This document shows, piece by piece, positions 48,731-59,331 of a stretch of DNA of 64,000 nucleotides (position 1 is its first letter; every line of letters begins with the position of its first letter). Both the position numbers and the translations under genes were made by a program. The notes below the pieces were generated by a model. The model searched no databases and was not told the origin of the DNA. It worked only from the letters and a program-made list of their open reading frames with translations. The DNA is taken from positions 208,793-272,792 of the forward strand of contig BLSG01000377.1 in NCBI GenBank assembly GCA_012862495.1, read 5' to 3'. The stretch comes from Thraustochytrium aureum. Taxonomy: Eukaryota.

Positions 48731-50523
48731 TCACGGCGTCTCGCAGTCGCTGTCGCTCGCAGAGCCGGCTTCGTCGTCTGAAAAGCTATACTTGAACCGC
48801 TCTTGGTCGAATCTGATTTGGACCGACCCGCCGGGCGTAAACTTGCCGAAGGCACCGCCCTCGGAAACCGACGCGCCAGTCGGGCCGCGATGGCCGTGGG
48901 TTGTCGTCGGCGTTGACGACTTGGCGAGGTCTTGCGCGACGCGCGTTGGCCCTTTACGCCTCTTGGCAATGCCGGCAATGTAGTAGTCGATCTTGTCGCG
49001 ATCAACGCGATCGTCGTTGCTCAGCTCTGCGCAGCTCGACTCAGAGCCATGCGCGCTGAGAGTCTCCTCCCTCCCAGACCTCGTGGCGCCACGCCTGCGG
49101 CGATTCCTCCCAGCGCTTGCTTCGCCGTCCTGTGCTGCTGGTGTTGGGATTCCGGTGTCAAAGTCAAACCCACCCGGCGCAGGTGCGGCAAGGTGGACCG
49201 GGCATTGCCCGTCGGTCTCCTGCGGGCCAGTACTTGCTGAAGCACGGGAGCGGAACGGCGTCGACGTGAAGATGTCGTCTGTGTATGCTCCTTCCGAAGC
49301 CGCAAACACATTCCGGACTTGCTTGCGAAACTTGGCCGTGTTGCGGCCCGCTGGTTTGTGCTTGGTGGCTCCAGCGCGCGCCGCGGCGGCCTTGGTGGAG
49401 TTTGCGGCGCGCTTGCGCTCTTGCGGGACGAAGACACGGCACCACTGATTGTAGCATTCTTGGGCGGTGCGCGACCCTACCATGGCTGCAACGGATTCCC
49501 AAAATCGACTGGGCTTTGCCGTGCAAGTTGCATGGGCTCGCCGCAACCGCCGCAACTCCTCCGCAAGCCAGGGAAGCCCCATGCGTGGCTGGCCGCCTAC
49601 ACCGATCAGCTCAGCGACGTCGCCCTCGTCCAGCCCGCACCCTTCCTCACCCTCGCCGTCAGGATCGCTTTCAGAGCTTTCGGCATCGTTCAGCCTGGGC
49701 CGCCTTGCAGCAGGGACGACCTTTCTTGGGCTCATTAGCAGCGTTTTCCAGTTGCTCCCCTGCAGGACCATGCGAGCCATCTGCCTTGAGCGTTGAGCTC
49801 ATCCGCAGCGAAGCGGCCTTTCGCACCTTGCCTTCCTCGGGTTGGCCTTGCACAGATCCTGCGGGGTTGCTGGAGCTTTGGCAGGCCGCTTTGCTCGCTT
49901 GAGATTCATCGGTCAATGCCGTGGCAGTGCCTTCTGCGACCAACTTTAGCTGCGCGCAGGCGAGGCTTTCACTGTCGCGTGGAGGAGGGTTTGGCGCAGT
50001 CCTGGGCGCTTCCTGCAAGTTGTCGAACACTCGACGAGCCGCACGGGCGTTGCAGCCTTTCGCCGCCCTTGCGATGTTGCTGCCGCCAATGTGGGCGTTC
50101 TCCTTTTCTATGTCAACACTTGATGCAAAGCCGGTTTCCGGGTCCTCAGCACGAGTCTCCGGCGATTCATTCTTGATGTCGATGCGTAGCGCTCGCTGCC
50201 AGTCCTCCGGGAACCCAGACGCGAAGAGCCGAGCCAAGTGCAATGGCAGGGCGTTCGTGCAGGAGCGGTGCTTGGACTCGTACGGGCCGACGAGGCGATA
50301 TTGCGTGCCTGAGCCAGTCTCAACAAGGCGGCTCGATACGCGTCTTGCTATAACCGAGCTGTGCCAACGCTGTGGCCTGCCATCTTCTGACCCGAGGCCT
50401 GCACTGGGTCGCAGCCCCTCCACGTAGACCCTCGAGCTTCCCTTGGCCGCCTGCCGAACGAACCAGTGGGACAGGGTCACGGCATCCGTGTGACCGCCCC
50501 GGGTCGGCCCTTGTCTCGCGCAT
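48731..50523 (-). CDS. KNL2: KNL2/Mis18-binding protein 1 (SANTA + SANT/Myb), frameshifts near 50490 and 49790
   Basis: SANTA: LSHWFV..VYVEG..WHSSVIARRVSSRLVETGSGTQYRLVG..FASGFPEDW. SANT: WLAEELRRL..FWESVAAMVGSRTAQEC. M18BP1-like TAKFRKQVR...DDIFTSTP. Confidence 0.82.
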
Positions 50524-50890
50524 CGGGCCCACCCGCCCTTGCGCCGCGGCGTCCAGGGCTCTCGCGCTCGACGACCCTGCGCGCTTTCGCTCTCGCGCGA
50601 CGGCGGTCGCAGCAGCAGGCAGACTTCAGGCCGTCAGCGCCGACTGTGTCGCGGGTCTGTCGCGGGATAAACAGGCGCCCATCGGCACCCGCAGGCGCGC
50701 GTGGAGAGGAAGAACGGAGCGGATTGCGGGGCGATAAATCCCGGCCAAATTCAAAAGGGCTCAACTTACACCGCAAAAACCGCCCGCAACCGTCTGGCTG
50801 TCTGTCTCGGAATGCAGAATGCAGGATGCAGAATGCAGGAGACGGGATGCGGGATGACAGACAGACACTGATCCTTGCCGCTGACGGACG

Positions 50891-52282
50891 ATGCTGTGGC
50901 TCGTGAGATGGGTGTGGCGAAAGCTCAGGAGTTGGCTCGGGCTATGCAGCCCTGGCCGTCTTGGGCCCCAAGGCGGCGAACTGGAGAGCGCTGCCGCTGA
51001 CGCACTCGTTGCTCCAGACCTCGAAACTGGTCTTGACGCAGGCGAGTCCTCACCGCTCACACCAGCTCGCCAGCCACGGGATGACCTCGGCGATGCCACG
51101 CCTGCCTCGTGTATCGCGCTGGCTGGATCGCCGCCCGCTCTACCTTGCGAGCTGCTCGTCGAGGACGACGTCGAGGTCGACGTGGAGGCGGAGGAGGGTG
51201 CTCAAGCTTGGGAATCCGGCAGCGTCGAAGCTGAGCCTGACGGTGGCACGGAGGAAGAAGTGCTTGCATTCCCGCCCGCTCCACCCTCACCACAGACGAG
51301 CACGCAGACGAACCTTGGCTGGCAAGGATTAATCAATTCGAGCTCGCCAACCAAAGGTGCCTCCTCTCACGCGGCTCCGGGAGAGGCCGCGGGCTCAATC
51401 ACTTGCGACGACACAGGCATCCTTTCGATAGGCGAGAGCGGTGACTCCCGCCAACCCCCGACCTTGGCGCCCGCGTTCGACGCTGCGGGTTCCACTGAGG
51501 CGCGGCTGATTTCTGGCGATGAAGCGGTTGTTTCGCCAGAAGAATGCACCTTGTCAAGGCGCCTCACTCAGGTGGAAGCGGGGCTCGAAGAACCGCAAAG
51601 CGCAGAAAGCAGCGATGAGTTGGCGACCGATGGTGTGGTCGAGTGCGGCTCTGGCAATGGAGACCACTCGGCTGACCGTTCACAGCACTCCTCAGATTCC
51701 CTTGGCAAAGTCCCCTACGTCGGGGCGCCCATCGAGCAGCCTTCTCCGCTTGCAGCAAGCAAACGGGCTCAAGCGCACAGCGACTGTGACTTGCTGCCTG
51801 AGTCCCCATTTACATCCGGGAGGCCCATTGCGATGAGTTCGAGCCCAGCCACCCCTCTGCAATGCAACCGACGCGCTGGTGTCGTCGCCGCAGAGCACGA
51901 ATTGGCAACCCCCGTTGCGGCGACTCCAACACGAGCGGCAGTCCAACCGACCACAACGCAGCCCCTTGCGGCTGGCCCGCAAGAGTCCACGCCGCAGCCC
52001 GAGCCAGCAGAGCCATTTCAATTTGGTGTTGGGCCAACACCGCGTGACCCAAGGTTTCGACGGCTTCACAATCCCGACGAAGCTGTGCTCGTCCAGAATC
52101 GCACCTTTTCCTCGCGCTTAAATAGCGCGCTCAAGCGGGACGAAGTGCGCAGCAAGTTTAAGGGCGGGGTTTCGCCCATCAAGCTATCGCAGCAAACTGA
52201 TGAGTCCGAAGACCATCTGGAAGCCCCGCCCGGCGCAACTGAAAAAGAGAACGCTACACCAGTCACACTCGCCCCGCGATGA
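50891..52282 (+). CDS. Uncharacterised low-complexity acidic Ser/Pro-rich protein
   Basis: Uninterrupted 463-aa ATG-initiated ORF with disordered composition; no recognisable domain. Confidence 0.55.
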   Translation: MLWLVRWVWRKLRSWLGLCSPGRLGPQGGELESAAADALVAPDLETGLDAGESSPLTPARQPRDDLGDATPASCIALAGSPPALPCELLVEDDVEVDVEAEEGAQAWESGSVEAEPDGGTEEEVLAFPPAPPSPQTSTQTNLGWQGLINSSSPTKGASSHAAPGEAAGSITCDDTGILSIGESGDSRQPPTLAPAFDAAGSTEARLISGDEAVVSPEECTLSRRLTQVEAGLEEPQSAESSDELATDGVVECGSGNGDHSADRSQHSSDSLGKVPYVGAPIEQPSPLAASKRAQAHSDCDLLPESPFTSGRPIAMSSSPATPLQCNRRAGVVAAEHELATPVAATPTRAAVQPTTTQPLAAGPQESTPQPEPAEPFQFGVGPTPRDPRFRRLHNPDEAVLVQNRTFSSRLNSALKRDEVRSKFKGGVSPIKLSQQTDESEDHLEAPPGATEKENATPVTLAPR

Positions 52283-52860
52283 GGAATTGAGCGCTCTTGT
52301 CGCGCACCGCGCCATGTTCGGCGTGGCAAATCGGCGCTTGGCAAGTGAATGCAGGACCAAATTTGTGGAAGCCTGGGGCTTGCGCGAAATACTCAATAAC
52401 GATTCGTACAGCATTTGCATTTCATTTCCGGTCCTTGCGCTACCNNNNNNNNNNNNNNNNNNNNNNNNNNNNNNNNNNNNNNNNNNNNNNNNNNNNNNNN
52501 NNNNNNNNNNNNNNNNNNNNNNNNNNNNNNNNNNNNNNNNNNNNNNNNNNNNNNNNNNNNNNNNNNNNNNNNNNNNNNNNNNNNNNNNNNNNNNNNNNNN
52601 NNNNNNNNNNNNNNNNNNNNNNNNNNNNNNNNNNNNNNNNNNNNNNNNNNNNNNNNNNNNNNNNNNNNNNNNNNNNNNNNNNNNNNNNNNNNNNNNNNNN
52701 NNNNNNNNNNNNNNNNNNNNNNNNNNNNNNNNTAAGGAACCTTTACCTTGAGCTCCGAATGAACGAACGCTCAACGCCGAGGGGCGTAGCTGCATGTTTC
52801 GAGCAGAAGTCCCCGTCGTGGCCGGCCCAGGTCGGCAAGGCAAGCTATGCGCAGCTACTG

Positions 52861-53965
52861 CTAGAGGTAATCAGCTCGATACACTGAATCGGCATCCGTG
52901 TTCATGACCACTGCAACGAAAAAGGTCAACCATACTTGGAAGCTTGACAAGACGAAAACGATTGCTGCCATGACAGTGATGTCGCTGAGAAGATGAACGA
53001 CGTCAGGTGGCACAGTGGAGCCTGCTATCTCAAGCTTCACAGACCCTGACTGGATCAAGACCACCAGAGCGCAAGCAACAGTGAATGCTTGGCACAGGAC
53101 CTCGATAAAGAGATACCACTTTAGCGCAGAGTAAGAGTGGCGTTTTCCACCTGCGATCCCGAGGCTGGCGGCAGCAGCTGCGATTGCTGACGCGACGATT
53201 GTCCCCAAAAGAGCCCATCCAAGCGACGGGATGAGCACGAGGGGGGTCTCCCCTTTCTTGGGCAAGTATTGGATCTCGTAGAATGCCACGGTGAGCCCCA
53301 AGTTGGTGAGCGCAAACACAAGGACGAGGGCAGACGACCAGACTACAAAGCTGCTAGCGAACCCTGCCCCGCACCATGCCAGGTTTTTCTCGTAGATAGA
53401 CTTGCCGAAAGGGTCTATGCACAGCAGGCACAGGATTACGAGCGCCAAGACCAGACCAGCCACGCAGCAGCTGAGAACTGCGAGTGTGATCTCGCCAAAC
53501 GAGGACGTCACGAGAGCGTCGACCCTTACGAGCTGAGTAACGAGAACGAGCATGCCAATGATTTCGAGGAAAAAACAGGTGATGCTCACTGCGGCCCACC
53601 AGCAAGAAAGGGAGGAGGTACAGTCAGCACGAGCAAAATCCAACGCTACCGTGCATGGCTGCAAGCTGGCTCGAGGGAGGGCGGGATGACTTACAAATCA
53701 TGAAAGCAAAGATTGGGCCTCGAAGTCGGAACCTGACGCCGTACAGACCAACGAACGACGACACGAAGATGGCAAGCGCGAACGCGAGAACTGCAGCGTA
53801 CGCTGGGACGCTTGCTGGAACTACGCCCCCGCCTCCTTTGCCTTTTATGGTTGATTCAACAGCAGTCGCCCAGACGAAGGCGGCCATGCCAAGAGTCGCA
53901 AGTGAAAGGGCCCCAATTATGGCGATGCTCCACCTGAGCGTCTTGAACAAGCAGCGGACCCGCAT
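52861..53965 (-). CDS. 8-TM protein with two tandem tetraspanin-like halves; intron 53694-53589
   Basis: A GTAAGT...GCTGAC...GCAG intron splices IFAFMI|LSITCFFLE. Eight hydrophobic helices; each half has TM2 ending GLYG or GIAG, a basic loop, and TM3 with E/Q. Confidence 0.6.
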
Positions 53966-54680
53966 CTTTCTTGCTGCCCTGGCTTGACCAGATGACCGCC
54001 CGTNNNNNNNNNNNNNNNNNNNNNNNNNNNNNNNNNNNNNNNNNNNNNNNNNNNNNNNNNNNNNNNNNNNNNNNNNNNNNNNNNNNNNNNNNNNNNNNNN
54101 NNNNNNNNNNNNNNNNNNNNNNNNNNNNNNNNNNNNNNNNNNNNNNNNNNNNNNNNNNNNNNNNNNNNNNNNNNNNNNNNNNNNNNNNNNNNNNNNNNNN
54201 NNNNNNNNNNNNNNNNNNNNNNNNNNNNNNNNNNNNNNNNNNNNNNNNNNNNNNNNNNNNNNNNNNNNNNNNNNNNNNNNNNNNNNNNNNNNNNNNNNNN
54301 NNNNNNNNNNNNNNNNNNNNNNNNNNNNNNNNNNNNNNNNNNNNNNNNNNNNNNNNNNNNNNNNNNNNNNNNNNNNNNNNNNNNNNNNNNNNNNNNNNNN
54401 NNNNNNNNNNNNNNNNNNNNNNNNNNNNNNNNNNNNNNNNNNNNNNNNNNNNNNNNNNNNNNNNNNNNNNNNNNNNNNNNNNNNNNNNNNNNNNNNNNNN
54501 NNNNNNNNNNNNNNNNNNNNNNNNNNNNNNNTCAGTTGAGCATCACAGATAGGAGCACCCAGTCTACCGTGAGTACCTTGGCAGAAAGCAGAGGGAGGTT
54601 GCGCTTTAGTTACAAATTGTCTGTTTCGACCCGAGCTCGATCGAGCTTGATCAGCAAGGCTTGCTCAGCAGCTGGCTCGC

Positions 54681-57600
54681 TCACCAGTCGAGCTGTGCTG
54701 CACTTGTTATCTCCGCAAGAGGCGCGGGAGCACTAGTAGCGCAATCTTTTGTCACTCGCAAAGAGCGCGTGTCCAGCACCTTGTCAAGCGTCTCTGTCGG
54801 GGGCAGCTTCGCGTAGACAACTCCTTCTTCAACCCGCGTTTCAAAAACGAGGATCTCAAGCCCAGAGTCATCCAATGCCTTGCCAGTTACGAGGCTGTAT
54901 GGAACCTTGTGAAGCGGCTCGAGCACGCACGGCGTGTCGTTCTTCGTCTCTTCGAGGATACCGCGCGCCAGGAGGAACGAGTTCTTGTTTGGGCACATGT
55001 TTTGCGTCGTGTACCAGGCCCCTCGCGAGGAAAAGTTGAAAACGGCGAGCTGGCAGCGACCATACTTGACAGCGCCGCCACTGTTGGTTGGGATCTCCGT
55101 GACCTTTGCCACTGGCCGCCAGGAGCACTGTCCGGCGATATGTGCCGCGACTTGAGAGACGGTTGTGGCGCGGCTGGACGCCGACCTTGGTGACGACGGC
55201 ACGCTGCCTGCGCCCCCGCTCTCTTTTGTTTCCTCGGATGCCACGTCAAAGTCGACAGAGGCCTCCTCAAGGGCAATCTCGAGGCGCGGCAAGGCGCGGG
55301 GGTCACGGGGCCAGTCCGCGGGGCGGAGCTGGTCGCGCTCGGAGATAAACTCGATACCAAGCGTCTCGTCCTCATCCGCTGGCGCTCCATCTGCGAACGG
55401 ACGAAAGAGTTTTTGCAGCTCGGGGCTGTCCACGACGGCTTTCCACTCGCACTGGTACGACTCGACGAGAAAGTCGATTTGAGCCTCGAGATCCGCGCAG
55501 ATACCGAGTTTGTCGTCAATAATCACGCTGCGCAGATACTCGATCCCTCCGTCGAGGCTCTCGAGCCAGTGGGCCGTGCGCTGCAGTCGGTCAGCAGTCT
55601 CGCAGTAAAACATGATGAAGCGGTCGAGGTACTTGACTGCGAGGTCCTCGGGGACGTCCGAAGCAAGGCGCGTGGCAAGGCGAGGCCTTGTGCCGCCGTT
55701 GCCTCCGACGTAGATGTTGTACCCATTCTCTGTCCCGATGAGAGAAAAGTCTTTGCTGCTCGCCTCCGCGCAGTCCCGCGCACAGGCCGAGACCGCTCCC
55801 TTGAGCTTGTGCGGTGACCGGATCCCTTTGTACCGGTTCTCGAGGCGGATCGCCATGGCGGTGGTGTTTTGGACCCCGTACCGGCAGAAAGTCTGGCCCA
55901 CGCAAGACTTGACCGTGCGCAGCGACTTGCCATAGGCATGCCCCGACTCAAAGCCGGCGTCGATGAGCTGGCGCCAGATCTCCGGGAGATCTTCGATTTT
56001 GGCGCCGAACATGTCGATGCGCTGGCCGCCCGTGATTTTGGTGTACAGCGAAAAGTCCTGCGCAATGCGACCAATAACGATGAGACCCTCTGGGGTCACC
56101 TCACCCCCGGGGATGCGCGGCACCACGCTATAGGTGCCTCCGCGCTGGATGTTGGCCAGGTAGCGGTCATTTGTGTCTTGGAGCCCGAAGAGCTCAGGTT
56201 TCATGACGTGCTCGTTCCAGAGGGTCGCCAGGATGCTGGCAACTGCAGGCTTGCAGACCCCGCAGCCGGCGGGAGGCGAGTCGGGCGAGCCGACAGCCTC
56301 GAAGAGAGCCTCGAAGCTGCGCAGCCTTTTGACCTTGGTGACGTGATAAAGTTCTGCTCGCGAAAAGGCAAAGTGCGCGCAGACATGATTGTTGACGGTG
56401 ACTCCCGCCTTGGCGAGCTCGGCATCAAGTATTTGCTTCACGAGAGGCTTGCAGCCACCACAGCCGGCTCCCGCCCCGGTGCACTTGATGACCTTGTCAA
56501 GCGTGTTGCAGCCCCCTTCTGTGAAGGAGCGCGAGATCTCCCCTTTCGAGACGTCGTTGCAAGAACAAACCTGCGCGTCGTCGGGGATGTCGCCCGCGCC
56601 CTGTCCACTTGGACCGCCGCGGGCCGACGGCGGAACGACGAGCTCGTGCGGAGCCAGCTTGAGCTGGCTGCTGGACTTTGCGAGCATGCAGAGCTGCGCG
56701 TAGTCCGAGGCGTCGCCCACAAGCATCCCTCCCTCAAGTCGCTTGCCGTCCGACGAGAAGACGAGCTTGCGATACACGCCGTTGAACGGGTCGTGGTATT
56801 TGATCGCCCTCGTGGCTCTCGCGGCGAGCGGTTTGCGCTCCTCGTCTTCGGTCTCGCTTCCGGCTTGGTATTGCCCAAAGCTTGCCACATCAACGCCGAC
56901 AAGCTTTAGCTTGGTGTTCATGTCGCCTTCAACAAAGGTCTTGTCTGTTTGCGCGGCGTGCAGGCCATGCGAGCGGCACAGGTTGTGAGCCAAAACGTCA
57001 GCCATCTCGTACCCAGGTGCGACGATCCCGTAGCAAATTCCTCGGTGAAGCGCCACCTCGCCGATTGCAAACACGTCCGGGCAGGTGGTACGCAAGTGGT
57101 CGTCGACAAGAATCCCCCCGCGCTCGTGGACCTCGATGGAGTCGACGCACCGAACGAGTTCGTCTCGCGGGCGGATGCCAGTCGCGATGAGAACGAGCTC
57201 CACTGGGAGTGTGAGCATGGCGCATGTGCCGAGGACCTCATCACGCTCCTGCAGCTCGAGCGCGTTCACGTGCCCTGAGTCGTCGGCGCGGATGTTTCGC
57301 GTCGAGCAGCCCACCAGCACTTGGCTGCCCAACTCTCGAATCTTTTCGCTGAGGATCGCGCCGCCGGTGGCATCAAGCTGGCGGCCCATCAGGTAAGCGT
57401 TGTGGTCGATCACGGTGGCCTCGACGCCCATGTCCCGGCACGCCATCGTGGCTTCCAGCCCGAGCAGGCCCCCGCCAATCACGGCGGCGCGCTTGACGTT
57501 GCGGGACTTGATGAACGCTGTCATCGACTCGAGGTCCGCGATTGTGCGGTAGACGAAGACGCCTGTGCTCTCCTTGCCAGGGATTGGCGGGCACCATGCG

Positions 57601-57932
57601 TACGAACCAGTGGCGAGCACAAGGCGCGAGTATGGCAGCTCCAACCCAGAGGCTGTAGTCACGCACTTGTCGTCGGTGTTAATCTTCATGACGAGGTCGT
57701 TTTCCACAACGCGAATGCCGTTCTCCGCATACCAGTCGTGCTCTCTGATGAGCATTTTCCCGCTCTCAAAGTGCTCCAGGTACGAGGTGAGGCGAACGCG
57801 ATCGTAGGCGTGGTATGGTTCATCACCGATGATTGCAATCTGTCCCGTCCAACCGTACGCGCGAGCTTTCTCGACGAAGCGTTGGCCAACCATTCCGTGG
57901 CCGACAACGACAATGCTGTCGCTGCTCGCCAT
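54681..57932 (-). CDS. nirB: Assimilatory NAD(P)H-nitrite reductase, NirB fused to a NirD Rieske-like domain
   Basis: FAD site VVGHGMVG, NAD site GGGLLGLE, BFD-like CSCN..GCGGC and CAHF..GCGVC, siroheme/4Fe-4S CVGQTFC..ACARDC, and C-terminal NirD-like QLAVF..TQNMCP..LARG. Confidence 0.96.
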   Translation of the reverse strand: MASSDSIVVVGHGMVGQRFVEKARAYGWTGQIAIIGDEPYHAYDRVRLTSYLEHFESGKMLIREHDWYAENGIRVVENDLVMKINTDDKCVTTASGLELPYSRLVLATGSYAWCPPIPGKESTGVFVYRTIADLESMTAFIKSRNVKRAAVIGGGLLGLEATMACRDMGVEATVIDHNAYLMGRQLDATGGAILSEKIRELGSQVLVGCSTRNIRADDSGHVNALELQERDEVLGTCAMLTLPVELVLIATGIRPRDELVRCVDSIEVHERGGILVDDHLRTTCPDVFAIGEVALHRGICYGIVAPGYEMADVLAHNLCRSHGLHAAQTDKTFVEGDMNTKLKLVGVDVASFGQYQAGSETEDEERKPLAARATRAIKYHDPFNGVYRKLVFSSDGKRLEGGMLVGDASDYAQLCMLAKSSSQLKLAPHELVVPPSARGGPSGQGAGDIPDDAQVCSCNDVSKGEISRSFTEGGCNTLDKVIKCTGAGAGCGGCKPLVKQILDAELAKAGVTVNNHVCAHFAFSRAELYHVTKVKRLRSFEALFEAVGSPDSPPAGCGVCKPAVASILATLWNEHVMKPELFGLQDTNDRYLANIQRGGTYSVVPRIPGGEVTPEGLIVIGRIAQDFSLYTKITGGQRIDMFGAKIEDLPEIWRQLIDAGFESGHAYGKSLRTVKSCVGQTFCRYGVQNTTAMAIRLENRYKGIRSPHKLKGAVSACARDCAEASSKDFSLIGTENGYNIYVGGNGGTRPRLATRLASDVPEDLAVKYLDRFIMFYCETADRLQRTAHWLESLDGGIEYLRSVIIDDKLGICADLEAQIDFLVESYQCEWKAVVDSPELQKLFRPFADGAPADEDETLGIEFISERDQLRPADWPRDPRALPRLEIALEEASVDFDVASEETKESGGAGSVPSSPRSASSRATTVSQVAAHIAGQCSWRPVAKVTEIPTNSGGAVKYGRCQLAVFNFSSRGAWYTTQNMCPNKNSFLLARGILEETKNDTPCVLEPLHKVPYSLVTGKALDDSGLEILVFETRVEEGVVYAKLPPTETLDKVLDTRSLRVTKDCATSAPAPLAEITSAAQLDW

Positions 57933-58228
57933 CTTTCGCGGCTGCTTGCCCCGCCGCCTCGCTGTGGGCTTGGTTCTCGCTCGACCGAGGAGGTGCTGAT
58001 GAATGAAAGACTAGACTCGTTGCGGCCTTCTTCCTGTTTGGGGTCTGCTCGCTTGGTTGGCGTGGGGCGTGGCCTGTCGAGGCAGCTTCTTGTTGCGTTG
58101 GTGTGGTGGTGGGCCACGTCGCGGCATGCGGGATCCTCCTCTTGCGAGACCATGCATTGACACGTCAAAGTACTGCTGCAGGGCTGATGATACCTGCAGC
58201 TGATGAGACACGGTGGTGAGCACTTGAA

Positions 58229-58271
58229 TGTGACCCGTGGAGGAGCAAGGGTGTGACCCGTGGAGGAGCAA
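58229..58271. repeat. Two-copy direct repeat TGTGACCCGTGGAGGAGCAA upstream of the nitrite reductase gene
   Basis: Copies at about 58229 and 58252. Confidence 0.7.
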
Positions 58272-59331
58272 AGGTACTCAGCTACGTACGCTTCCGCGTC
58301 GTGGTGACGCGCCACGCTGTGCGGACGCCTCTCCGAACCCGGCGCTGTCCCAGGCGGCGGCTGCTACTCGTACATATCTCTTCTAGGAAGTGTGAGGAGT
58401 ACTCGCTGCGCGAGGGAGGCGCTGGCGACAGCGCTGCATCAGGCGCCGCAGCAGAGTTCCGAGCGAGCCGCTCGTGTTGTCGCCCAGCAAGGGCGGCGCC
58501 TGAGAGGCTCCCGCTCTGGCCTGGCCCAGTACCGAGCATCGTTGTTCTTTGCCGCGCCCTGCGTCCGCTCCTCGCACACTGGCCACTTTCTGTTGTTGTG
58601 GATTGTGGACTTTCTGTGAGGGCGTGTCCTTGACGCGAGGCGCAGTTTGCCCGCTCTGCGCCTCTGGCTCTCCCAAACGCGTCCTCCCGATGCACGCCCC
58701 TCACGGCAGCCTCCTTGCCTTCGTTCGTTCGATCCATCAGAGCAGAATTCAGCAGAGCGGCACTGTCAATCACGCGACTCACTCGCTCGCTCTCCGAGTC
58801 GTCGGGCGCACACCCGCGGCAGTGAGTGCTACTACTAGCTAGACCAAGGAGGCTACTACCAGCTACGAGTGGAGCAATAGCCTGGGCAGTAGGCAGAGTG
58901 AGTGAGTGAGTAGGNNNNNAGGTACTCTGGCTTCCGATGGGAGGAGCGGGCGAGGAGAGTGCAGGCGGCCGAGCACACAATGTGCAGCAAACACACGGCG
59001 CACTCTAGCAGGTCCTACTGTGCGGGCTAGTGGCGATCGGACCAGCACGAGCGAGCATCGCCAGCGCAGGCAGGCATACATCCTTAGGGACCTGCGCAGC
59101 GACGCGAGCACGCACGTACGCACGGACCGAGGCGCAGACCACGCACGGCCGGCCTAGAGGACGCGAGCGCGCTGACGGGCTGGCGCGCCGAGGGAGCAGC
59201 GGCGCGCAGGAGGCGCGCAGGAGGCGCGGGAAACGCGCAACCTAGAAAGCGCCTCGGCTGAACAGCACCGCGCAGCAGACAAGCGCGCAGGAGGGAGCTC
59301 GCGCGAGGCGCTGGGCAAGCGAGAGTCCACG

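Noticed and set aside
49050..49110. TRSGR in KNL2 as a CENPC-k motif
   Set aside because: Lacks the downstream P-L-x-[FY]-W residues of that motif.
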